Assembly (NCBI GenBank): GCA_032718475.1
Contig: JAUCBJ010009136.1
Location: forward strand, 207,572-271,571
From: Nemertoderma westbladi
Taxonomy: Eukaryota > Animalia > Xenacoelomorpha
DNA: 64,000 nt
Reading direction: 5' to 3'
Shown one piece after another: positions 33,761-44,000 of this stretch. Within the stretch, counting starts at the first letter, position 1; every line of letters begins with the position of its first letter. The notes under the pieces were generated by a model, which saw nothing but the letters and a program-made list of their open reading frames with translations, was not told the origin of the DNA and ran no database searches. The position numbers and the translations under genes are program-made.

Positions 33761-34936
33761 ATGGAGAAAGGGATACAAGGAGAGCCGAGATGGGGATATG
33801 ATATCCAAGAGGAGGCAGCAGCGCCATTCGAAAGATTTGGAGCCAAGGATTATACTATATTTGGTATAAAAGAATTATCGGAAAGTACAGCGAAACTCGC
33901 GAGAACTAAATATGACTCGAACGTATTAAAGAGAAGGCAAAACGCATTAAACGAAAGAATCGAAAGTTTGCGCCAAACCTTCAACGAACTTTACCCGTAC
34001 GATGCTTTGTGTGATACGGGAGACATTAGCGAAGACCCCGATACTGAAATTAGTCGTTTGTATCATACCATGCAATACCTAAAGGCGCACGAACCTATGC
34101 CCGCAGTACGCGATGAATTCGATGGAATGCATCTTTACAGACGAACTCGAGGGGACGATAGAGAAACCAAGGAAGCATTTTCAGTTTATAAACTTTATTA
34201 TCAATGCGGTTCTTGTATGCGCGAACAACGAAATGCGATTCCGATGCGTTTGAATAAGGAAAATCCCGAACCGATATTGGCGAGGTGTTCGAATCATCAA
34301 CAACTACGCTACCAGGAAGGAGGGTATCCTTTATCGAATCCATATCATTCATTTGCTATGACCGGACCAAAGGCGGGAGAAACTGTCATTTACCCACCTA
34401 AGGTTGTTGAACCCGATGTATTTGAACTTACGCTGGACGAGGCGAATCAGTCAACCCGCGAAAAGAAAGAAGCTCTTAGCCTATACAGAGCCTACAAGGC
34501 TTTCGAGAAAGGTGAGATGGAAGAATGGGGTGGAAGACTCGCGAGCCTACCTTGCCATTGGACGTCACACGATCAAACTTCAGCTAAGGAGATGACACCG
34601 GAAGTTTTCGAGAGCATAAACTTTGCTCAAAACGTTATTCAGAGATTACAGATTGCATCCCCGGAGAGGCCAAGAGAAATGCAACCGTATAGTACTTCAA
34701 CTACGAAACCATTGAGTACGACACTCAATTTCCCTATTAGTATACCAGTCCGACAGGATACGACGTACGAAATACCCATCGTGGATCATCCAGAAATCAT
34801 TTCAAACTTGGAGTTTCTTCCTGCAGTTGTTTTCAGCGATATGAGTAAGATATATGATTTATGTAGACATATTACTCAAAAGGTCGTGCGTTGTGCACGA
34901 GGTTCAAGATTTCAAGATTTTCAAGGAACTGGATAG
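33761..34936 (+). CDS. Accessory ORF2 of the retrotransposon, unknown function (391 aa)
   Basis: Long ATG-initiated ORF inside the element, preceded by a branch point and acceptor; contains CGSC...CSNH; no evident signal peptide or TM helix. Confidence 0.75.
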   Translation: MEKGIQGEPRWGYDIQEEAAAPFERFGAKDYTIFGIKELSESTAKLARTKYDSNVLKRRQNALNERIESLRQTFNELYPYDALCDTGDISEDPDTEISRLYHTMQYLKAHEPMPAVRDEFDGMHLYRRTRGDDRETKEAFSVYKLYYQCGSCMREQRNAIPMRLNKENPEPILARCSNHQQLRYQEGGYPLSNPYHSFAMTGPKAGETVIYPPKVVEPDVFELTLDEANQSTREKKEALSLYRAYKAFEKGEMEEWGGRLASLPCHWTSHDQTSAKEMTPEVFESINFAQNVIQRLQIASPERPREMQPYSTSTTKPLSTTLNFPISIPVRQDTTYEIPIVDHPEIISNLEFLPAVVFSDMSKIYDLCRHITQKVVRCARGSRFQDFQGTG

Positions 34937-37490
34937 AGCTGGTGCCGACATAGCTCCGAGTAATCTGAAAGGATATCTAACCAAGACGATTCGTTTATGG
35001 ATTGGAACCGGAACCTTCGAGTCGGATACAGATATTGCCGCAGATTGGCGAGGTAAGGTTATTCGTTTCGATGAGGATAAGGATATAGAGAAGATTTGGC
35101 AACCTTCGGAAGAATTGTTGGATGAATGGACTAGGACGTTTAGATCGTTTCAGGAAAACGGTTATATGTTTTACGATAACGAGGGCGGCAGTCATCAGCA
35201 GAGTTTGACTTCTAAGACTATACAGATTAGAGCGGCGGACGGAGTCCTGCACGTTTTCAGTAGACAGAGGAGCGACAAACGAATGCCGATACCTCCAGCG
35301 AATACAAAGCGACACCATCTTATCACCGATATAGTAAAGAAGATGGACCAAGCTTGTAATATTGACGCTAGAATGCTACCGAAGATGGTAAGAAACATGA
35401 TTTTAGATAAAACTGTTGTAAAGGTTGGATCAGGAGTAAGGGAGGATTTAATTAGCGACTTTGCCGGCATGACGGACAGCGATGACCGACTACCGACACC
35501 ATACGTCGACACTCGACCTCTTATTCTGTGGTCTATAGAACAGGGATATTTTCGTGAGTATAATACTCAGAAGACTGGAACTGGATACATTTCCTACCTG
35601 TTATTCAATTGGGATTATAAGGAAGGTAAAAGAAACAAGTATATTGAAACTTATGGAGAAGGTGATACTCCAGATATGAGTGAGTTTGAATCACAGCTTA
35701 AATGGAGAGGATGCGTGTATTGGGCTATTACGTCACCTCCAAGAGCGGTCTTACAATATTATTTAGCGATAGAGTCGTCAGTGAATGTTTGCCTAATCGC
35801 CGACATTGTGTCTCGGACTCTCAAAAGACATCCACTTTGTCTCGGAGAAGATCATACGTTCTACATGGAAGGGAGAATTCGTACCGACGTGTTTAGACGA
35901 TTCCTTGAACCCTTCTACAACTCCGACGCTCAGTGTAATGCCTTTACTCGAGCAGGATTTAGTATATTTCGAGACGTGTATCTTTGCTGTGCGGGATCTC
36001 TTATCGAAAGACCATCTATGTTTACATTGTTACCCTATGAAGGAGAACGTATCGTGGAAATTACGGATGAATCACGGCAGACGCGCGCGCCTATCGGTCA
36101 CCTTGGTGATGAATTCGAAGTAACTACTACGATCGCCGACGATCCTTTAGAGGAACTTCTTGAGATAGAAAGGAACCTCCCGAAGAAATCTCAGACGGAG
36201 ATTCGACAACTTGAAGCAACAGATGCTATAGTTTGTATACAACCTTCAGAAACCTACCAACCCATAGACCCAGATGATTATGATTATAGTGTGGGAGGAA
36301 GCGCTCGACCGATTGGAGATCTTATATACGAACGAGTGTGGTACCCTGCCAATACGATGTGTAGTAAATGTGGCGTCGCTGGACATCATATGGCAAAGTG
36401 CAGTGGAAAGCACATTACTACGACTCAGCTAATCTGTGGATGGTGTGGGGATCAAGGGTCTCATACCTTTTATACTTGCTGGAGATTTATGGCTCAATGT
36501 ACTTATTGCAATATAAAGGGACATCGAGCATCTGAATGCCAACTAAGAGACATACCTTATGAACACGAATCTGTAAAACTCGTGAGGAAGTTATTTGATG
36601 AGTGGGAAGATTTAGCCGACGAACATGTATCGGCACAAAGAAGACGGTTTCCGATGAGAGCGCATCTCGGATTTTGGGCGGTAAATCCTCAGACGATGAT
36701 GTCGGAAGGATATATCTCCGCTATGCCCCAATATGACGAACTTATCGAGGTTGTCGATATTTTGCCCCACGACAGCGGATTCCGAGTGGTGCGCGAGTAT
36801 CTGTTACAAATTCACCCGGATAACAAAAACACGTGGAATTTTCAGAAAGTCATTAATCGGATTACGTATGGTGAATTCGATCGTTTCCGAACTGAAAAGC
36901 GGAACAAGGGAGCTTGGTTAACCGTCGCATGGGCATACCGAGCCGCGTTTTACCACAAACGTATACGAGCGAGCGTATTCGAGGAAGAAGAGGTCCTAGA
37001 GGCGACAAATATACCAGCCACTCCGGTTGCGCCGTCTGCACGTCACCCTCGGGAGGACGGGCAGGGTAGGATCATACGGGTCCAAAAGGTGGGCCAACAA
37101 TTAAAGAAAATTATTAATGTAGAAGAACGCAAGGGAGTTGAGCCGACTATTCGAGTTACTCGGGATACGGTATCACTTCCAAGAGAACCAGTAGGAGGAT
37201 CGGGACATACACCAGCTGATCAACAGGGGGCGCAAGCTACTCTTGGGTCTGCGTCGTCCACTTCTCGCGCGTTCCCAGACGTTCTACCAACTGTAGTGAC
37301 GACTGATCGGTCACGAGGAATCGGTCGAGGTTTTGGGATGCTAAATAAACGAATTTGCGAGGAAATAGTCGCACCGTCTCTCAACGTCCCAAGTAAACCA
37401 GTGACTCGCCCCACAAGTCCCATATCGCGAGCAAAGTCACCTGTGCGCAGTTTTCGAGGACGCGGCAGGGCTCGATCCACTAAGCGATAA
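34854..37490 (+). CDS. Accessory ORF3: DEDDy (WRN/RNase D-like) 3'-5' exonuclease domain plus three zinc knuckles (878 aa)
   Basis: MFYDNEG (ExoI), TIQIR, LPKMVRNMILDKTVVKVGSGVREDL (ExoII), YVDTRPL, QYYLAIE (ExoIII-like); CSKCGVAGHHMAKC, CGWCGDQGSHTFYTC, CTYCNIKGHRASEC. Confidence 0.78.
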   Translation: MIYVDILLKRSCVVHEVQDFKIFKELDRAGADIAPSNLKGYLTKTIRLWIGTGTFESDTDIAADWRGKVIRFDEDKDIEKIWQPSEELLDEWTRTFRSFQENGYMFYDNEGGSHQQSLTSKTIQIRAADGVLHVFSRQRSDKRMPIPPANTKRHHLITDIVKKMDQACNIDARMLPKMVRNMILDKTVVKVGSGVREDLISDFAGMTDSDDRLPTPYVDTRPLILWSIEQGYFREYNTQKTGTGYISYLLFNWDYKEGKRNKYIETYGEGDTPDMSEFESQLKWRGCVYWAITSPPRAVLQYYLAIESSVNVCLIADIVSRTLKRHPLCLGEDHTFYMEGRIRTDVFRRFLEPFYNSDAQCNAFTRAGFSIFRDVYLCCAGSLIERPSMFTLLPYEGERIVEITDESRQTRAPIGHLGDEFEVTTTIADDPLEELLEIERNLPKKSQTEIRQLEATDAIVCIQPSETYQPIDPDDYDYSVGGSARPIGDLIYERVWYPANTMCSKCGVAGHHMAKCSGKHITTTQLICGWCGDQGSHTFYTCWRFMAQCTYCNIKGHRASECQLRDIPYEHESVKLVRKLFDEWEDLADEHVSAQRRRFPMRAHLGFWAVNPQTMMSEGYISAMPQYDELIEVVDILPHDSGFRVVREYLLQIHPDNKNTWNFQKVINRITYGEFDRFRTEKRNKGAWLTVAWAYRAAFYHKRIRASVFEEEEVLEATNIPATPVAPSARHPREDGQGRIIRVQKVGQQLKKIINVEERKGVEPTIRVTRDTVSLPREPVGGSGHTPADQQGAQATLGSASSTSRAFPDVLPTVVTTDRSRGIGRGFGMLNKRICEEIVAPSLNVPSKPVTRPTSPISRAKSPVRSFRGRGRARSTKR

Positions 37491-38140
37491 AAGGGAGGGC
37501 AAGGGTGGATGGAAGACTCGTGGGCCTTTCTTATGATTTGTGATTTATTTGAATTTATATTTATATTTGTGTTTATTCCGAACTTAAGCAATTTGTATTG
37601 TTCCGAATTTGTATTTAGAAAGTTTATATTTAAAAGGAACTTATATTTGAAAGATTTATGTTTCATATTTGAGATGCAAAGGAGTTTATATTATTCTAAA
37701 CTTATGCAGTTTATATTTAGTAAAGATTTATATTTAGTAAGAATTTATATTTTATATTTGTAATTATTCCGAACTTATGCAATTTATATTATTCCGAACT
37801 TATGCAATTTATATTGTTCCGAATATTATGTAATTTACATTTTATAGGCAGTATTTACAGTGAAATAGAAATAATTGTTTGAATTTATGTAATATTGAGA
37901 TGCAATAGATTTATATTGGTGAATTTAATTTAGATTTATATTGTACTTACTTAGTAAAGCCTTAAATACGTAAAGTTTGAATTTGTAATTATTTTGTATC
38001 GAATCATTACGTAGAAAGGAAGTATTGTTTGAAATTTAATTGTAAATATGTAAGTACGCCCTAAGTATTCTATAGTTTGATTGATTATTGGTGAAAACCG
38101 TATATTTTATGCACGATAATATCCTGTTTTCATGGAGCGG

Positions 38141-40027
38141 TATAGAATTATATTCCCTAAATGCCGTGGATTTTCAAAATTTTTATTTTATTCGGATTAA
38201 CTTTGTAAAGATTGCTTTGAGTTCTCATTCGTATTGGTTCTAACATTTGTACATCTATCGGTCAAGTGGTTCAGTAGCTCAGTCGGTAGAGCGTTGGAAA
38301 TTATATGTGTAGTAGGTATCGAGTTCGAATCCTAGTAAGTGCGAATTATTTTTTGTACAGAATTTCAACTCGTTTAAATTAACCGCTACAAATTAATTGC
38401 ATTTGTCTGTACCAATGAGATTGTAGTTATTTGATTGTAACCAATGTCGTGCAAGTTATATATTAGCTGGACCAATAGCTATCTTTAAAACCTTGTTAGA
38501 ACCCATAGAACAATCGAGAATTTTCTCGATTGATTGCGGCACAAATTTGCTATAAAAAGGTGCGATTTGTTCATTAGTTATATATATTCTCTCAGTTATT
38601 CAGTTATCTGATATTTGTTTATTCTGTCATTAGTTTTCAGATTACATTGTATTATAATTATATCTTCTGTAATAAAGTCAGAATATTCTCTCAGCTTTTC
38701 TATCTGTTTTACTATGGATTCACTACGGTGAACAAACTTAGGGACAGGATGGCCGGCTAGAGATCGGGCCGCAGCAATGAACGGGAACATCACGGGAATG
38801 TAGACGAGAGACAACCCGCAATACCATTTAGAGTTATTCGCCCATCGCCTGAAAGGTTAGACAGCGTTCGATCCTTGCTACCTAAGTATAAGACCAAAAG
38901 ATCAAAAGGTAGAAGTAGTGACACGCTGTAAGCCCAAAATTACATCATAGGGACTGTACTGTCTTGATTCAGGAAAACCCACAGTAGACCTTCACATTCC
39001 TACGGGGGAGGGAGAGCGCAGGCAGATACTAGTACGCAGATAGGACGTAGGCACACCGGTACAAGGCATACACATTGGTTAGGGTGCAGCAAACTGTACG
39101 CTTAACTCTTGCTAAGTACAGGTGCGTGTGCGACTATTTGCAGTACGACAGTGTCCATTGCATTAGAACTTGTAGGCTAGGGGGGTTGCTGTGTTTTCAC
39201 CTGAATTGGGATTGTACCGTTCAGGCGGTAGGGCAGTTTACGTACTAGGCGCAAATAAATTGAGGCTATCAGGGATATACTAACATCTACCGTGTCCCCG
39301 CCAACGCCCTAATAGGAAGTTACCCGGACTACCTGGGTGACTAAAATTCTAGATAGGAGCCAGGATAGCTATTAGTACCCGTACGCCTACAGTAGTAAAC
39401 TAACACATCTCTTCTTAGTATCAGGGACCTGGTACCTAAAATTGCCGAATTCTGGGCGTAGTATTAACCTTATGCCTGAATTTGAGTCCTGGAAATACGC
39501 AAGAGGGGAAGGAACCTTATCATTCGTGAGTATTGGACCTACAAGTTACAAAATTAGAATATTCGTAAAATGCACACCGTACCCAGTAATTATATATGTG
39601 AAGGAGCAAAACTGTTTTGACCGTTCAGAATTAACACACGCGCGTTAGAAATTATTTACACCTCGAAATATATAAAATTAACTTTGTCCGTACTGTGCTT
39701 TGCCCGCTAGTTAGACATCTCCAAATCTCTGCCTGTACCTAGCTAGCGTCTCTTCGCCCAACCATATAAATCACACCGCGGCAAAGTATACGAGCCCCTT
39801 AGTCCGTCAGTGAGTCAGCCTGACTTTAGGATTCGCTGCGCGGGATTTGTTTTATCGAAGTTTGTCTGCTCGTAGACTGTTTTCTGCCTCACCGGTTATA
39901 AGAGATCGATACTGCAATATATTCGCTTACTTAGAGTTTACTGTTTTGGTGAGAAGGTCGGATTTATGATTTGATTTACAAACTTTACAGTAGGATATTG
40001 CAGGTATTGTTACCGTCTCTTCCAATA
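38141..40027 (+). repeat. 3' LTR (1887 bp)
   Basis: Same sequence as the 5' LTR plus 38872-39148; preceded by a short purine-rich tract ggagcgg (weak PPT). Confidence 0.95.
38268..38354 (+). ncRNA. tRNA-like Pol III unit in the 3' LTR
   Basis: Copy of 22079-22165. Confidence 0.6.
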
Positions 40028-41032
40028 CTACGCTCTCGAAATAATAATCGCTACGCTCTCGAAATAATAATCGCTACGCTCTCGAAATAATAATCACTAC
40101 GCTCTTGAAATAATAATCGCTATGCTCTCGAAATAATAATCACTACACTCTCGAAATAATAATCGCTACGCTCTCGAAATAATAATCGCTACGCTCTCGA
40201 AATAATAATCACTACGCTCTCGAAATAATAATCGCTATGCTCTCGAAATAATAATCGCTACGCTCTCGAAATAATAATCACTACGCTCTCGAAATAATAA
40301 TCGCTATGCTCTCGAAATAATAATCGCTACGCTCTCGAAATAATAATCGCTACGCTGTTGAAATAATAATCGCTACACTCTCGAAATAATAATCGCTACG
40401 CTCTCGAAATAATAATCGCTACGCTCTCGAAATAATAATCACTATGCTCTCGAAATAGTAATCGCTACACTCTCGAAATAATAATCGCTACGCTGTTGAA
40501 ATAATAATCGCTACACTCTCGAAATAATAATCGCTACACTCTCGAAATAATAATCGCTATGCTCTCAAAATAATAATCGCTATGCTCTCGAAATAATCGC
40601 TACGCTTTCGAAATAATAATGCTATGCTCTCGAAATAATAATCGCTACGCTCTCGAAATAATAATCGCTATGCTCTCGAAATAATAATCACTATGCTCTC
40701 GAAATAATAATCGCTATGCTCTCAAAATAATAATCGCTATGCTCTCGAAATAATCGCTACGCTTTCGAAATAATAATGCTATGCTCTCGAAATAATAATC
40801 GCTACGCTCTCGAAATAATAATCACTACACTCTCGAAATAATAATCGCTACGCTCTCGAAATAATAATCAATACGCTCTCGAAATAATAATCGCTACACT
40901 CTCGACATAATTATCGCTATGCTCTTGAAATAATAATCGCTACGCTCTCGAAATAATAATTGCTATGCTCTCGAAATAATAATCGCTATGCTCTCAAAAT
41001 AATAATCGCTACGCTCTCGAAATAATAATCGC
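40028..41032. repeat. Tandem array 3, 23-bp unit, right part
   Basis: Same unit resumes in register after the TSD. Confidence 0.97.
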
Positions 41033-41086
41033 TCTACAAATATAGTCTACTTTTTCATTTAAATAGTAAATAATATGTCAGAAACG

Positions 41087-44000
41087 TATTGACCATTACA
41101 GTGCTATGTTGAGTGTAGACGCCCGCTTAGTGTAACGAAGCCGAAATAAAGTTATTAACCATTACAGTGCTATGTTGAGTGTAGATGCCTGTTTAGTGTA
41201 ACGAAAGTGAAAGGAAGTTATTGACCATTACAGTGCTATGTTGGGTGTAGACGCCCGCTTAGTGTAACAAAGGCGCAAGAAAGTTATTGACCATTACAGT
41301 GCTATGTTTAGTGTAGACGCCCGCTTAGTGTAACGAAGGCGAAAGAAAGTTATTGACCATTACAGTGCTATGTTGGGTGTAGACGCCTGCTTAGTGTAAC
41401 GAAGGCAAAAGAAAGTTATTGACCATTACTGTGCTATGTTGGGTGTAGTGTAGACGCCGCTTAGTGTAACGAAAGCGAAAGAAAGTTATTGACCATTACA
41501 GTGCTATGTTGGGTATAGACGCCCGCTTAGTGTAACGAAAGTGAAAGGAAGTTATTGACCATTACAGTGCTATGTTGGGTGTAGACGCCCGCTTAGTGTA
41601 ACAAAGGCGCAAGAAAGTTATTGACCATTACAGTGCTATGTTGAGTGTAGACGCCCGCTTAGTGTAACGAAAGCGAAAGAAAGTTATTGACCATTACAGT
41701 GCTATGTTGGGTGTAGACGCCTGCATAGTGTAACGAAGGCGAAAGAAAGTTATTGACCATTACTGTGCTATGTTGGGTGTAGTGTAGACGCCGCTTAGTG
41801 TAACGAAAGCGAAAGAAAGTTATTGACCATTACAGTGCTATGTTGGGTGTAGACGCCCGCTTAGTGTAACAAAGGCGCAAGAAAGTTATTGACCATTACA
41901 GTGCTATGTTGAGTGTAGACGCCCGCTTAGTGTAACGAAAACGAAAGAAAGTTATTGACCATTACAGTGCTATGTTGAGTGTAGACGCCCGCTTAGTGTA
42001 ACGAAAGTGAAAGAAAGTTATTGACCAGTACAGTGCTATGTTGGGTGTAGACGCCCGCTTAGTGTAACGAAACGAAAGAAAGTTTTGACCATTACAGTGC
42101 TATGTTGAGTGTAGACGCCCGCTTAGTGTAACAAAGGCGCAAGAAAGTTATTGACCATTACAGTGCTATGTTGAGTGTAGACGCCCGCTTAATGTAACGA
42201 AAACGAAAGAGAGTTATTGACCATTACAGTGCTATGTTGAGTGTAGACGCCCGCTTAGTGTAACAAAGGCGCAAGAAAGTTATTGACCATTACAGTGCTA
42301 TGTTGAGTGTAGACGCCCGCTTAATGTAACGAAAACGAAAGAAAGTTATTGACCATTACAGTGCTATGTTGAGTGTAGACGCCCGCTTAATGTAACGAAA
42401 ACGAAAGAAAGTTATTGACCATTACAGTGCTATGTTGAGTGTAGACGCCCGCTTAGTGTAACGAAAACGAAAGAAAGTTATTGACCATTACAGTGCTATG
42501 TTGAGTGTAGACGCCCGCTTAGTGTAACGAAAACGAAAGAAAGTTATTGACCATTACAGTGCTATGTTGAGTGTAGACGCCCGCTTAGTGTAACAAAGGC
42601 GCAAGAAAGTTATTGACCATTACAGTGCTATGTTGAGTGTAGACGCCCGCTTAATGTAACGAAAACGAAAGAAAGTTATTGACCATTACAGTGCTATGTT
42701 GAGTGTAGACGCCCGCTTAGTGTAACGAAAACGAAAGAAAGTTATTGACCATTACAGTGCTATGTTGAGTGTAGACGCCCGCTTAATGTAACGAAAACGA
42801 AAGAAAGTTATTGACCATTACAGTGCTATGTTGGGTGTAGACGCCCGCTTAGTGTAACAAAAGTGAAGGAAAGTTATTGACCATTACAGTGCTATGTTGG
42901 GTGTAGACGCCCGCTTAGTGTAACAAAAGTTAAGGAAAGTTATTGACAATTACAGTGCTATGTTGGGTGTAGACGCCCGCTTAGTGTAACGAAAACGAAA
43001 GAAAGTTATTGACCATTACAGTGCTATGTTGAGTGTAGGCGCCCGCTTAGTGTAACGAAAACGAAAGAAAGTTATTGACCATTACAGTGCTATGTTGAGT
43101 GTAGACGCCCGCTTAGTGTAACGAAAGCGAAAGAAAGTTATTGACCATTACAGTGCTATGTTGGGTGTAGACGCCCGCTTAGTGTAACAAAGGCGCAAGA
43201 AAGTTATTGACCATTACAGTGCTATGTTGAGTGTAGACGCCCACTTAGTGTAACGAAAACGAAAGAAAGTTATTGACCATTACAGTGCTATGTTTGGTGT
43301 AGTATAGACGCCCGCTTAGTGTAACGAAAGCGAAAGAAAGTTATTGACCATTACAGTGCTATGTTGGGTATAGACGCCTGCTTAGTGTAACGAAAGTGAA
43401 AGAAAGTTATTGACCATTACAGTGCTATGTTGGGTGTAGACGCCCGCTTAGTGTAACGAAGGCGAAAGAAAGTTATTGACCATTACAGTGCTATGTTGGG
43501 TGTAGACGCCCGCTCAGTGTAACGAAAACGAAAGAAAGTTATTGACCATTACAGTGCTATGTTGAGTGTAGACGCCCGCTTAGTGTAACGAAAACGAAAG
43601 AAAGTTATTGACCATTACAGTGCTATGTTGAGTGTAGACGCCCGCTTAGTGTAACAAAGGCGCAAGAAAGTTATTGACCATTACAGTGCTATGTTGAGTG
43701 TAGACGCCCGCTTAATGTAACGAAAACGAAAGAAAGTTATTGACCATTACAGTGCTATGTTGAGTGTAGACGCCCGCTTAGTGTAACAAAGGCGCGAGAA
43801 AGTTATTGATCATTACAGTGCTATGTTGAGTGTAGACGCCCGCTTAATGTAACGAAAACGAAAGAAAGTTATTGACCATTACAGTGCTATGTTGAGTGTA
43901 GACGCCCGCTTAATGTAACGAAAACGAAAGAAAGTTATTGACCATTACAGTGCTATGTTGAGTGTAGACGCCCGCTTAGTGTAACGAAAACGAAAGAAAG

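Larger units (their letters stand above)
21952..40027 (+). mobile_element. Full-length BEL/Pao LTR retrotransposon (18,076 bp) with two accessory ORFs
   Basis: Near-identical LTRs, 5-bp TSD ctacg (21947-21951 and 40028-40032), single Gag-Pol ORF with BEL/Pao motifs. Confidence 0.96.
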
